Shown here: positions 1 to 10,785 of the stretch, one piece after another | Layout: each line of letters opens with the position of its first letter | How positions within the stretch are numbered: position 1 is the stretch's first letter | Program-made: the position numbers and the translations under genes | The notes under the pieces: model-generated | The model's database searches: none | What the model saw: only the letters and a program-made list of their open reading frames with translations | What the model was told of the DNA's origin: nothing | From: an uncultured Candidatus Binatia bacterium | GTDB taxonomy: Bacteria > Desulfobacterota > Binatia > UBA9968 > JAJDTQ01 | Direction of reading: 5' to 3' | Length of the DNA: 64,000 bases | NCBI GenBank assembly: GCA_965213675.1 | Contig: OZ243916.1 | Coordinates: 3,616,001 to 3,680,000 of the forward strand

Positions 1-341
1 GCGCGGTGGAGAAATCGCTGGCGAGCTTCGACGCGCCCGTGGTGCTCATCGCCGGCGGTGTGCACAAGGGCGGCAGCTACGACGCCCTGGCGCCGCTCGT
101 GCGCGAGCGTGTGCGCAAGCTGATCCTGCTGGGGGCGTCCGCGCCGCTCATGCGGACGGCGCTGGAGGCGTCCGCGGATACGGTGACGGCGCCGGACCTC
201 GCCGCGGCGGTGTCCGCCGCACGGGCCGCGGCTTGCCCCGGGGACGTGGTGCTGTTGTCGCCGGCGTGCTCGAGCTTCGACATGTTCGAGAACTACGCTG
301 CGCGCGGGCGCGCATTCAAGGAGTTGGTGCAGGCGCTATGA
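1..341 (+). CDS. murD: UDP-N-acetylmuramoylalanine--D-glutamate ligase, C-terminal part (truncated by window start)
   Basis: LIAGG..KG and VLLSPACSSFDMFENYAARG are the MurD C-terminal signatures; lies immediately upstream of ftsW. Confidence 0.93.
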   Translation, partial: AVEKSLASFDAPVVLIAGGVHKGGSYDALAPLVRERVRKLILLGASAPLMRTALEASADTVTAPDLAAAVSAARAAACPGDVVLLSPACSSFDMFENYAARGRAFKELVQAL

Positions 342-1444
342 GCGGGATCCGCGACATGGACCGCTGGATGGTGGTGAGCCTCGTGGCGCTGCTCGCCATC
401 GGCATCACCATGGTGCTGAATACCAGTTACCTCTTCTCCCAGGAGCGCTTCGGCGACGGCACCTACCTCTTCCGCAGGCAGTTGGCGGCAATCGGGATCG
501 GCCTCACCGGGCTGTGCGTGGCCGTGCTGTTGCCTCCCTCGGTCTACCGGCGCCTCACCGTGCCGCTCTTCGTCGTCGCGCTGGCGTCCTTGGTGCTGGT
601 GCTCTGGCCCGGCGTGGGCCTGGTCCGGGGCGGCGCCCAGCGTTGGCTCGGCGTGGCGCCGTTCGTGTTCCAGCCTTCCGAGCTGGCCAAGGTGAGCTTC
701 GTCCTCTACCTGGCCTTCACGCTATCCAGGAAGGGCGCGCGCCTGGAGCAGTTCCTGTCCGGGCTGCTGCCGCCGCTGCTGGTGACCGGGCTGTTCGTGC
801 TGTTGCTGCTGGCCGAACCGGACTTCGGTTCCGCGTTCACCCTCGCCGTCATCGCGCTGGCGATGTTTTTCGTTGCCGGCGGCCGGTTGCTGCACCTCGC
901 CGGCGTCGCCCTGGCGGCCATGCCTGTGGCCGCGTATCTGATCATGACCTCGGACTACCGGGTCAAGCGCTTGCTGGCCTTCCTGGACCCATGGAGCGAC
1001 TCGGCCAACAGCGGCTTCCAGATCATCCAGTCCTACATCGCCTTCGGTTCCGGTCAGTTGTGGGGCCGGGGCCTGGGACAGAGCCGGCAGAAACTCCTTT
1101 ACCTGCCGGAGGCGCACACGGACTTCATCTACTCGGTAATCGGCGAGGAACTGGGCCTGTGGGGGGCGCTCCTGGTGGTGCTGCTGTTCGGCATCCTGCT
1201 GTTCCGCGGCGTGCGGCTGGCGCTGGCCCGGGAGGAGCCGTTCACGCGCCTCATGGTGTTCGGCCTGACCCTGCTGCTGGGGTTTCAGGCGCTGGTGCAC
1301 ATGAGCGTGGTCATGGGGCTGGTGCCCACCAAGGGCCTGGTGCTTCCGTTCGTGAGCTATGGGGGCTCGGCCATGGTGGTGCACCTTACGGTCGCAGGGA
1401 TGCTGCTGAGCGCTTCCTGCCGGAGGGACCCGCCATGCGACTGA
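338..1444 (+). CDS. ftsW: Lipid II flippase/SEDS peptidoglycan polymerase FtsW
   Basis: Polytopic membrane protein with GAQRW, FQPSELAK, EPDFGS, LPEAHTDFI and PFVSYGGS motifs; ATGA overlap with murD stop. Confidence 0.95.
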   Translation: MSGIRDMDRWMVVSLVALLAIGITMVLNTSYLFSQERFGDGTYLFRRQLAAIGIGLTGLCVAVLLPPSVYRRLTVPLFVVALASLVLVLWPGVGLVRGGAQRWLGVAPFVFQPSELAKVSFVLYLAFTLSRKGARLEQFLSGLLPPLLVTGLFVLLLLAEPDFGSAFTLAVIALAMFFVAGGRLLHLAGVALAAMPVAAYLIMTSDYRVKRLLAFLDPWSDSANSGFQIIQSYIAFGSGQLWGRGLGQSRQKLLYLPEAHTDFIYSVIGEELGLWGALLVVLLFGILLFRGVRLALAREEPFTRLMVFGLTLLLGFQALVHMSVVMGLVPTKGLVLPFVSYGGSAMVVHLTVAGMLLSASCRRDPPCD

Positions 1445-2565
1445 TCGTGGCCGGCGGCGGCACCGGCGGTCATCTCTTCCCCGGTCTCGCGGTGGCGCGG
1501 GAGTTTCTCCGGCGTCACGAGGACGCGCGCATTCTCTTCGTGGGCAGCCGCTGGGGGATCGAGAGCCGTGTGGTCCCGCAGACCGGGTTCCCGCTGGAGC
1601 TGTTGCCGATCCGGGGTCTCAAGGGACGGGGACTCAAGGGGTTGCTGGACGGGCTGTACGGCATTCCCCTGAGCCTGTGGCGCTCCCGCGCCATCATCCG
1701 CCGCTTCGATCCGCAGTGCATCATCGGGCTGGGCGGCTACGCTTCCGGTCCGCTGTTGCTCGCCGGCCGGTGGCGCCGCATCCACTGCGCGGTGCTGGAG
1801 CAGAACCTGCGCCCGGGCCTCACCAACCGCGTCCTGGGCCGGCTCGTGGACCGCGTATTCACGAGCTTCCGCGAGAGCGTGGCGTACTTCCCCGCGGACA
1901 AGGTGGTGCTCGCCGGCACGCCGGTGCGCTGGCGCGAGTTGCCGGAGGTGGAGCGTCAGCCGGAGCGCTTTCACCTCCTGGTCTTCGGCGGCAGTGCCGG
2001 GGCGCGCCGGATCAACGAGACGGTGCTGGGCGCGCTGGCGTGCCTGGGGGAGGCGGCGGCCGGCTTCCGCGTCACGCACCAGACCGGGCGCGCGGACGAG
2101 CAGCGGGTTCGGCAAGGCTACGCGTCGCTCCCGTGCGACGCCGAGGTGCTGCCGTTCATCGACCGCATGGACCGGGCCTACGCCGCGGCCGATCTGGTGG
2201 TGTGCCGCGCGGGCGCCTCGACCCTGGCCGAGTTGACGCTGTTCGGCAAGCCTGCGGTGCTGATTCCGTATCCCTACGCGGCCCACGATCACCAGCGCCT
2301 CAACGCGCTGGCGCTGGTGCGGGCGGGCGCCGCGGCGATGATCGTGGAGCGGGATCTTACCGCCAGCGGGTTGGCGGAGACCCTGCGCGCGCTTCGCGGC
2401 GATGCCGCCCGGCGCCGCGCCATGGGCGAGGCGGCCGCCGGCCTGGGGCGGGGCGACGCAGCCGAGCGCATCGTCGACGAGTGCCATGCGCTGGTGCCGG
2501 CGTGGTCGCGCCGGGCATCCGGCGCCGCGGCCGGCCCGGCCGGCGGGGGGGCGATGGCATCATGA
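1435..2565 (+). CDS. murG: Undecaprenyldiphospho-muramoylpentapeptide beta-N-acetylglucosaminyltransferase
   Basis: AGGGTGGH, GGYAS, EQN, GGSAGA and CRAGASTLAE motifs; ATG at 1435 after GGAGG. Confidence 0.96.
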   Translation: MRLIVAGGGTGGHLFPGLAVAREFLRRHEDARILFVGSRWGIESRVVPQTGFPLELLPIRGLKGRGLKGLLDGLYGIPLSLWRSRAIIRRFDPQCIIGLGGYASGPLLLAGRWRRIHCAVLEQNLRPGLTNRVLGRLVDRVFTSFRESVAYFPADKVVLAGTPVRWRELPEVERQPERFHLLVFGGSAGARRINETVLGALACLGEAAAGFRVTHQTGRADEQRVRQGYASLPCDAEVLPFIDRMDRAYAAADLVVCRAGASTLAELTLFGKPAVLIPYPYAAHDHQRLNALALVRAGAAAMIVERDLTASGLAETLRALRGDAARRRAMGEAAAGLGRGDAAERIVDECHALVPAWSRRASGAAAGPAGGGAMAS

Positions 2566-3974
2566 GCCGCCCGGCGCCGCGCGATACCCGGCCGTTCGAA
2601 CGGCGTCACCGGGTCCACTTCGTCGGCATCGGCGGCGTGGGCATGAGCGGCATCGCGGAGGTCTTGTTGAACCTCGGTTACGAGATCAGCGGTTCCGACC
2701 TGCAGGAAGGCGACGCCACCCGCCGGCTGCGCGCGCTGGGCGCCGCGGTGCACATCGGCCACGACGCCGCGCACTTGCCGGACGCGCTTTCGGTGGTGGT
2801 GATTTCCACCGCCGTGAAGTTCGCCAACCCCGAGGTGGCGGCGGCCAAGGAGAGGCAGATCCCGGTGATTCCGCGGGCGGAAATGCTCGCCGAACTGATG
2901 CGCATGAAGTACGGCATTGCCGTGGGCGGAAGCCACGGCAAGACCACGACCACGTCGATGATCGGCCACGTGCTCACCGAGGCGGGCATGGATCCGACCC
3001 TGGTCATCGGTGGCCGCGTGCGTTCGCTGGCGGGCAACGCGCAGATGGGCAAGGGCGACATCCTGGTGGCCGAAGCGGACGAGAGCGACGGCACGTTCCT
3101 GCTGCTCTCGCCAGCGGTGGCGGTGGTGACCAACATCGACCGCGAGCACATCGACTACTACGGCACCACCGACGGCCTCATAGACGCCTTTCTGGCGTTC
3201 GTCAACAAGGTGCCGTTCTACGGCGTCGCGGTCCTGTGTCTCGACCACCCGACGGTGCGCGCGCTGATGCCGCGAGTCCACAAGCGGGTGGTGACCTACG
3301 GCCTGTCCGCGGATGCGGATTTCAGCGCCGAGCGCGTGGCGACCCGGCGCATGGAGTCGACGTTTTCGGTGCGGCGCCGGGGGCATGCGCTCGGCGCCGT
3401 GCGTCTGCCCATGCCGGGCCGTCACAGCGTCGCCAACGCGCTGGCCGCCATCGCCGTGGCCGGCGAACTGGGAGTGGAATTCGACCAGGCGGCCGCGGCC
3501 CTGAACGCCTTCGCGGGCATTCACCGCCGCTCGGAGATCAAGGGAGAGGCGGCCGGGGTGCTGGTCATGGACGACTACGGACACCATCCGGCGGAGATCG
3601 AGACCACGCTGCAGGCCATTGCGGAAGGATGGGAGCGGCCGTTGACGGTGGTGTTCCAGCCGCATCGTTACAGCCGCACGAGGGACCTGTTCGAGGACTT
3701 CGTGTCGGCCTTTGATCGCGCCCACCGGCTCATCCTCACGGAGATCTTCGCCGCCGGCGAGGAACCGGTGTCCGGTGTCAGTGGCGCGGAACTGTATCGG
3801 GCCATTCGCCGGCGGGGCCACATGGACGTGGAGTTCGTCGCCTCCCGGGAAGACATCGCCGCCGGGCTGGCGCCGCGTCTGGCCGAGGGCGAAATGGTCC
3901 TGACCCTCGGGGCGGGAGACGTCTACAAGGTAGGGGAGTCTTTGCTTGAATGTCTGCGGGAACAGCGCCCATGA
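2562..3974 (+). CDS. murC: UDP-N-acetylmuramate--L-alanine ligase
   Basis: HFVGIGGVGMSG, GSHGKTTTT, EADESDG, DDYGHHP and FQPHRYSRT motifs; ATGA overlap with murG. Confidence 0.96.
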   Translation: MSRPAPRDTRPFERRHRVHFVGIGGVGMSGIAEVLLNLGYEISGSDLQEGDATRRLRALGAAVHIGHDAAHLPDALSVVVISTAVKFANPEVAAAKERQIPVIPRAEMLAELMRMKYGIAVGGSHGKTTTTSMIGHVLTEAGMDPTLVIGGRVRSLAGNAQMGKGDILVAEADESDGTFLLLSPAVAVVTNIDREHIDYYGTTDGLIDAFLAFVNKVPFYGVAVLCLDHPTVRALMPRVHKRVVTYGLSADADFSAERVATRRMESTFSVRRRGHALGAVRLPMPGRHSVANALAAIAVAGELGVEFDQAAAALNAFAGIHRRSEIKGEAAGVLVMDDYGHHPAEIETTLQAIAEGWERPLTVVFQPHRYSRTRDLFEDFVSAFDRAHRLILTEIFAAGEEPVSGVSGAELYRAIRRRGHMDVEFVASREDIAAGLAPRLAEGEMVLTLGAGDVYKVGESLLECLREQRP

Positions 3975-4885
3975 GCACGGACCGGCTGGCCGTGGAACTG
4001 AGCGGCATCCCCGGCCTGAAGGTGAAGGCGGGCGAGCCCCTGGCGCGCTGCACCTCCTTCAAGGTCGGCGGCCCCGCGGACGTGTTCGTCGAGGCGCATA
4101 CCAGGACGGGTCTGGGCGCGTGCCTGGAACTCTTGTCGCGCTGCGCCGTCCCGGTGCTGCTTCTGGGCAATGGCAGCAACATGCTGGTGAGCGATCAGGG
4201 CGTTCGCGGCGCCGTGCTGCGGTTGCGCGGCGAGTTCCGCCGGGCGCGCTGGCTGGGGGACGGGGCGCGCGTGGGCGCGGCCTGCGCCGTGAGCCGGTTG
4301 GTGCGCGAGGCGGTGCGCCGCGGTCTCGGCGGATTGGAGTTCGCCGAAGGGATACCGGGCAGCGTCGGGGGATCGCTGGTGATGAACGCCGGCGCCTACG
4401 GATCGGCGATGGAACGCCTGGTGACCCGAGTCGAGGGGGTGACCGTGGCCGGCGCGCCACTGGCGCTCGGGCGCGACGAGCTGCACTTCGCTTACCGGCA
4501 GACGCGGCTTCCCGCGGGTGCGGTGGTGACCCGCGTCGACCTGGCGCTCACGCCGGACGCGCCCGCGGCCGCCGCATCGCGCATGCGCAAGATCATGGCG
4601 AGCCGCCGCGCCAGCCAGCCCTCGGGCCGGCCCAACTTCGGCTCGGTCTTCCGCAATCCGCCGGGAGACCACGCCGGACGGCTGATCGAGGCGGCCGGGC
4701 TCAAGGGCCTGCGTGTGGGGCGCGCCGAAGTGTCCCGGCGCCACGCCAACTTCATACAGAATCTCGGCGGCGCGCGCGCCGAGGACGTGCGGCAACTGAT
4801 CGAGCAGGTGCGCGGCGCGGTGGAAAGCCGGTTCGCCGTGGCCCTGCAGCCGGAGGTCCGATTCGTGGGGGAATGGCCGCAATGA
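3971..4885 (+). CDS. murB: UDP-N-acetylenolpyruvoylglucosamine reductase
   Basis: GGPAD, LGNGSNML, GIPGSVGG..MNAGAYG, GSVFRNP and HANF motifs. Confidence 0.95.
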   Translation: MSTDRLAVELSGIPGLKVKAGEPLARCTSFKVGGPADVFVEAHTRTGLGACLELLSRCAVPVLLLGNGSNMLVSDQGVRGAVLRLRGEFRRARWLGDGARVGAACAVSRLVREAVRRGLGGLEFAEGIPGSVGGSLVMNAGAYGSAMERLVTRVEGVTVAGAPLALGRDELHFAYRQTRLPAGAVVTRVDLALTPDAPAAAASRMRKIMASRRASQPSGRPNFGSVFRNPPGDHAGRLIEAAGLKGLRVGRAEVSRRHANFIQNLGGARAEDVRQLIEQVRGAVESRFAVALQPEVRFVGEWPQ

Positions 4886-5847
4886 GCGAACAGGCCGGGA
4901 CATTCCGGACGCGCCGCGTGGGGGTCCTCTACGGCGGGCCTTCCGCGGAACGGGAAGTGTCGCTGGTGTCCGGCAAGGAGGTGGCCGGCGCCTTGCGCGA
5001 GCGCGGCTACGCGTCGGTGTCGCTCATCGACGTGGATGCCGATCTGCCCGCGCGCCTGCGCGCGGAGCGCATCGACGCGGCCTTCATCGCCCTCCACGGA
5101 AAGCTGGGCGAGGACGGCTGCGTGCAGGGGCTGCTGGAAGTCATGGGGATTCCCTATACGGGCTCGGGGGTGACGGCCTCGGCCGTGTGCATGGACAAGG
5201 TGCTCGCCAAGCAGGTGTTGGTGCGCAGCCGCATCCCCACGCCGGCGTACGAGGTGGTGACGCCGGACACCTGGATGAACGCCAGGCTGCCGTTGCCCGT
5301 GGTGGTCAAGCCGCGCGCCGAAGGGTCCACCATCGGGGTTACCATCGTGCGCCGGCGGCGCGACCTGGCGCGGGCCGTGCGCGAGGCCTGCCGGCTGGAC
5401 CGCGACGCACTGGTGGAAACCTATGTGCCGGGCAAGGAGATCACGGTGGGCCTCCTCAACGGCGACGCCCTCGGGGTCACGGAGATCCGTCCGGTCACGG
5501 GGTTCTATGACTTCAAGACCAAGTACACCTCGGGCATGGCGGCCCACGTCTTCCCCGCGCCCTTGCCCCGCCCACTCTACCGCCGCGCCATGCGCCTGGC
5601 GGCGCGCGCCTGCGCGGTACTCGGCTGCGAAGGGGCGCCGCGGGTGGATTTTCGCATCTCGCCGGAGGGACGGCTGTACGCCCTCGAGGTCAACACGTTG
5701 CCGGGGATGACGCCGCTGAGCCTCTTGCCGGAGATCGCCGCGGGGGTCGGCATCGGCTTCGGCGAACTGGTGGAGCGCATCCTCGACCGGGCCGCGCTCA
5801 GGAACGGAACGCGGAATGCTCCCGCACCGGAGGCAGACCATGACTGA
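4882..5847 (+). CDS. ddl: D-alanine--D-alanine ligase
   Basis: GGPSAEREVS, LHGKLGEDG, GIPYTGS, FYDFKTKY and LEVNTLPGMT motifs. Confidence 0.95.
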   Translation: MSEQAGTFRTRRVGVLYGGPSAEREVSLVSGKEVAGALRERGYASVSLIDVDADLPARLRAERIDAAFIALHGKLGEDGCVQGLLEVMGIPYTGSGVTASAVCMDKVLAKQVLVRSRIPTPAYEVVTPDTWMNARLPLPVVVKPRAEGSTIGVTIVRRRRDLARAVREACRLDRDALVETYVPGKEITVGLLNGDALGVTEIRPVTGFYDFKTKYTSGMAAHVFPAPLPRPLYRRAMRLAARACAVLGCEGAPRVDFRISPEGRLYALEVNTLPGMTPLSLLPEIAAGVGIGFGELVERILDRAALRNGTRNAPAPEADHD

Positions 5848-6694
5848 TGTGCGCGCCCGGTTACGGAAGCTCACCCGCGTCATCCGCGGCCGCGCGCGGC
5901 TGGCCGTTGCCGCCGCCGGTTGCGCGTTGGCGCTGGCCGCGTGGTTGTATCCGCACGCTTTCAGCGGAGCGTACCGGCAGTCACGGGACCTCGTTCGCCA
6001 AGCGAGCGTCGCCATCCCCGGTGCGGCGCAGAACATCTCGGAGTTCGTTCTCACGCATCCCTATTTCGCGGTGCGCGAGGTCAAGGTCCTGGGAGCGCAA
6101 CGGGTGAAGGGCGAGGACATCGTGGTGACGTCCGGGTTGGAGCCGCGCAGCGGCATCTGGAGCATCGACCCTGCGGAGCTGGGGCGGAAGGTGGAGCGGC
6201 ATCCGTGGGTGAAGCGGGCGCGGGTGCGGCGCGAGTTGCCAGCGCGGCTGACCATCACCGTCGAAGAGTGGAGCCCCGCCGGCATCGTTGCGCTGGACCG
6301 GCTGTACTACGTGACGGAAGGCGGCGTGGTCTTCAAGGCCCTGGGTGACGAGGACTCCGTGGACCTGCCGTTCGTGACCGGCCTGCGCGCCGCCGGTCTC
6401 GCGCCGGAAGCTGCGGAAACGCGGAAGAAGCTGTCGCAAGTGCTGGAGTTGGCGCATACGGTGGAGCGCACCGGGTTGAAGCTGTCGGAGGTGCGCATCC
6501 AGTCCGGCGGCGGCGTGGTGCTCTATCCGGTTTCCTACCCGGTGCCGTTCTACATGGGCTGGGGCGACTGGGACGACAAGCTCCAGCGGCTCCGATGGTT
6601 CCTGCGCAAGTTCCGGGAACAGGAGAGCGTTTTCCGGGCGGTGGACCTGAGTTTCAAGGGGCAGGTGGTGACGCGTCCCCGGAAACGGGCGTAG
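5840..6694 (+). CDS. ftsQ: Cell division protein FtsQ/DivIB (TM + POTRA)
   Basis: N-terminal TM helix, POTRA-like PWVKRARVRRELP; located between ddl and ftsA. Confidence 0.85.
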   Translation: MTDVRARLRKLTRVIRGRARLAVAAAGCALALAAWLYPHAFSGAYRQSRDLVRQASVAIPGAAQNISEFVLTHPYFAVREVKVLGAQRVKGEDIVVTSGLEPRSGIWSIDPAELGRKVERHPWVKRARVRRELPARLTITVEEWSPAGIVALDRLYYVTEGGVVFKALGDEDSVDLPFVTGLRAAGLAPEAAETRKKLSQVLELAHTVERTGLKLSEVRIQSGGGVVLYPVSYPVPFYMGWGDWDDKLQRLRWFLRKFREQESVFRAVDLSFKGQVVTRPRKRA

Positions 6695-6731
6695 GCGGCG
6701 GTCGCCATCGAAAGAAGGGGCGTAAAACGCA

Positions 6732-7958
6732 ATGGCCAAGAACAACAACCTCGTGGTCGGGCTCGATATCGGCACTCACAAGATCTGCGCGGTGGTGGGA
6801 GAACAGACCGAGCAGGGCGCCGAAGTGGTGGGCGTGGGGTTCCATCCGTCCAATGGTCTGCGCAAGGGAGTGGTGATCAACATCGAGGCCACCATCGAGG
6901 GCATCAAGAAGGTCGTGGAGGAGGCCGAGATCATGGCCGGCTGCGAGATCAATACGGTCTTCGCGGGCATCGCCGGCGGTCACATCCGCGGGTTCAACAG
7001 CCATGGAGTGGTGGCGGTCAAGAACAAGGAAGTCACGGAAGCCGACATCGACCGGGTCATCGACGCGGCCAAGGCGGTGGCCATCCCCATGGACCAGGAA
7101 GTGCTGCATGTGCTGCCCCAGGAGTTCTCTCTGGACGGCCAGGCAGGCATCCAGGAACCGCGGGGCATGGCCGGCGTGCGCCTCGAGGCCAGCGTGCACA
7201 TCGTCACCGGCGCGGTGGCGGCGGCGCAGAACATCATCAAGTGCTGCAACCGCACCGGCCTCAACGTCGCCGATTTCGTCCTCGAGCCGCTGGCCTCCGC
7301 GGACGCGACCCTGACCCGCGAGGAGCGGGAGCTGGGCGTGGCGCTGGTGGACATGGGCGGCGGCACCACCGACATCGCGCTGTTCCACGGCGGCTCGGTG
7401 AAGCACACCGCGGTGCTGAGCGTGGGCGGCAACCATCTCACCAGCGACATCGCCGCAGGTCTGCACGCGCCGATGGCGGCGGCGGAGCAATTGAAGCAGC
7501 GCTACGGCGCGGTGGGGCGCGAGGTCGTCGACCGCGAGCAGATGCTGGAGGTGCCCAGCGTCGGCGGACGCAGTCCGCGAACGGTGTCACGGCAGGTGTT
7601 GTGCGAGATCATCGAGCCGCGGCTGGAGGAAGTGTTCCATCTCGTGCATCGCGAGATCATCAAGTCCGGTTACGCGCCGCAGGTGGTGTCGGGCATCGTC
7701 ATGACCGGGGGATGCACGCTGCTGCCGGGGATGATCGAGATGGCGGAGGGAATCTTCGATGTGCCGGTGCGTCAGGGCGTGCCGGCCAACGTCGCCGGAT
7801 TGGTGGACGTGGTGTCCAGTCCCGTCTACTCCACCGCCACCGGCCTGCTCCTCTACGGCCTGGGGCAGCAGGACCGCAACCTGTTCCGCGTCCGGGACAA
7901 CGACGTTTTCTTCAAGGTGCGCGGGCGCATGACCGAATGGTTCAAGGAGTTTTTCTGA
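6732..7958 (+). CDS. ftsA: Cell division protein FtsA
   Basis: [18 protein letters not shown] and TGG motifs; C-terminal amphipathic WFKEFF. Confidence 0.97.
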   Translation: MAKNNNLVVGLDIGTHKICAVVGEQTEQGAEVVGVGFHPSNGLRKGVVINIEATIEGIKKVVEEAEIMAGCEINTVFAGIAGGHIRGFNSHGVVAVKNKEVTEADIDRVIDAAKAVAIPMDQEVLHVLPQEFSLDGQAGIQEPRGMAGVRLEASVHIVTGAVAAAQNIIKCCNRTGLNVADFVLEPLASADATLTREERELGVALVDMGGGTTDIALFHGGSVKHTAVLSVGGNHLTSDIAAGLHAPMAAAEQLKQRYGAVGREVVDREQMLEVPSVGGRSPRTVSRQVLCEIIEPRLEEVFHLVHREIIKSGYAPQVVSGIVMTGGCTLLPGMIEMAEGIFDVPVRQGVPANVAGLVDVVSSPVYSTATGLLLYGLGQQDRNLFRVRDNDVFFKVRGRMTEWFKEFF

Positions 7959-8052
7959 GCTCTTGTCTGAGCTTGAGTCCCGGAAGCGGCCGCCGGACCA
8001 CACGCTTCCGATGAGACGGGAACAACAGGAATCCGGAAAAGGAGGGCATGTC

Positions 8053-9276
8053 ATGTTCGAAATGGTGGATCCGATCGAATCGGGAGCCCGAATCAAGGCA
8101 ATCGGCATCGGCGGGGGCGGGGGCAACGCGGTCAACACGATGATCCAGGAAGGCCTCAAGGGAGTGGACTTCATCGTGGCCAACACGGACAGCCAGGCGC
8201 TGGACGCGAACAAGGCCGAGATCAAGATCCAGATAGGGGACTCCCTGACCAAGGGACTGGGCGCCGGCGCCAACCCGGAAGTGGGGCGCCGCGCCGCGAC
8301 GGAGGACAAGGAGCGCATCCGCGAATTCCTCAACGGCGCCGACATGGTCTTCATTACCGCGGGGATGGGCGGCGGCACGGGCACCGGCGGCGCGCCGGTC
8401 ATCGCCAGCGTCGCGCGCGAGGTGGGCGCGCTGACGGTGGGCGTGGTCACCAAGCCCTTCATCTTCGAAGGCAAGCGCCGCATGCAGCAGGCCGAAGAAG
8501 GCATCCGGGAACTCAAGGACAAGGTGGACACCCTCGTGGTCATCCCCAACCAGCGTCTGCTCAGCATCGCCGGCAAATCCACCACGTTGCTGGAGACCTT
8601 CACGGTGGCCGACGGGGTGGTGACCCAGGCGGTCCGGGGAATCGCCGATCTGATCGTGACGCCGGGGCTCATCAATCTCGACTTCGCCGACGTGCGCACG
8701 GTCATGCGGGAGATGGGCTTCGCGCTCATGGGGGCGGCCTCCGCCACCGGCGAGAACCGCGCCATCGAGGCGGCGCAGCAGGCGATTTCGAGTCCGCTGC
8801 TGGAGGATGTTTCCATCAACGGCGCGCGCGGGGTGCTGATCAACGTCACCGGCGGCCCTGACATGAGCCTGTTCGAGGTCAACGAGGCGGCTACCCTGAT
8901 CCAGGGCGAAGCCCACGAGGACGCCACCATCATCTTCGGCGCGGTGATCGATGAAACCGTCGGGGAAGAAATGCGGATCACGGTCATTGCCACGGGCTTC
9001 GGAGACGAAGCCGCGCGCGCGCCGCTGCCGCCAGCGGATAGGAAAGACGCGCCATCGCAGCAGAAGCCGGGGCCGTTGGGTGGAGGCCCGCGGGATGCGC
9101 GGGAGAAGAAGGTCGTGCACCTCGGAACCCTGATAGACGACGAGTTCGGCGGTTCGACCTGGCAACGGCCCGAGGAAGCCGAGTCGGGCTTTCCTCAGCC
9201 CATCGATCTCGAGGAAAAGGATGTGGCCGAGGACGACTTCGACATCCCGACGTTCCTGCGCAAACGGATGGACTAG
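8053..9276 (+). CDS. ftsZ: Cell division protein FtsZ
   Basis: [18 protein letters not shown] tubulin signature, INLDFAD, C-terminal DIPTFLR; GGAGG RBS at 8041. Confidence 0.98.
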   Translation: MFEMVDPIESGARIKAIGIGGGGGNAVNTMIQEGLKGVDFIVANTDSQALDANKAEIKIQIGDSLTKGLGAGANPEVGRRAATEDKERIREFLNGADMVFITAGMGGGTGTGGAPVIASVAREVGALTVGVVTKPFIFEGKRRMQQAEEGIRELKDKVDTLVVIPNQRLLSIAGKSTTLLETFTVADGVVTQAVRGIADLIVTPGLINLDFADVRTVMREMGFALMGAASATGENRAIEAAQQAISSPLLEDVSINGARGVLINVTGGPDMSLFEVNEAATLIQGEAHEDATIIFGAVIDETVGEEMRITVIATGFGDEAARAPLPPADRKDAPSQQKPGPLGGGPRDAREKKVVHLGTLIDDEFGGSTWQRPEEAESGFPQPIDLEEKDVAEDDFDIPTFLRKRMD

Positions 9277-9357
9277 GAGCCTGCGTCGCAGGACTTCGCG
9301 AAAGCGAAAATTCGCCATCGCCGTCCCTGCGGTCGGTCGATTGAGGAGAAACTCAGG

Positions 9358-9603
9358 TCAAATTTGACGAGAGTGGACGGGACGCCGCAGCAGCAGCGGC
9401 AGGGTTCCCCAGACTCCGAAGACCAGTCCGGCCAAGGTCCAGTACGTCTGGTTGCGCCCGCCGTACCGGGCGACGAAGAAGCACAGGATGCCGTCGCACA
9501 TGTGTATGGCCGCCACCGTGGCGAGCAGTGTCCGGGGCTCGAGGTCGGGCGTGATGAGGTAGACGCCCGAAGCGTATCCAAGCAGTGAAATCAGGTCGGT
9601 CAT
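9358..9603 (-). CDS. Small hypothetical membrane protein (81 aa)
   Basis: C-terminal in-frame part of the long antisense ORF, starting MTDLISLLG; two hydrophobic segments; fills the gap between ftsZ and mtnA. Confidence 0.5.
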   Translation of the reverse strand: MTDLISLLGYASGVYLITPDLEPRTLLATVAAIHMCDGILCFFVARYGGRNQTYWTLAGLVFGVWGTLPLLLRRPVHSRQI

Positions 9604-9705
9604 GCCGCGGATGGTTGGGCGGGCACGCCGTGTCCGGCGACCCTTGATCCTCGCTTGATCGGTACTATATTTGAGCACAAAAGATAAACGACCATCGGAA
9701 TAGAC

Positions 9706-10743
<1,038 letters not shown>

Positions 10744-10785
10744 GCCGCAGACAGTGTCCCCGCATCCCTTCCAGAGAAAGGCGCC

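Noticed and set aside
514-4881. Long N-terminal extensions of the murG (683 aa), murC (765 aa) and ddl (633 aa) ORFs suggesting fusions
   Set aside because: The extensions are Arg/Ala/Gly-rich alternative frames overlapping the upstream genes; the real starts overlap the upstream stop codons
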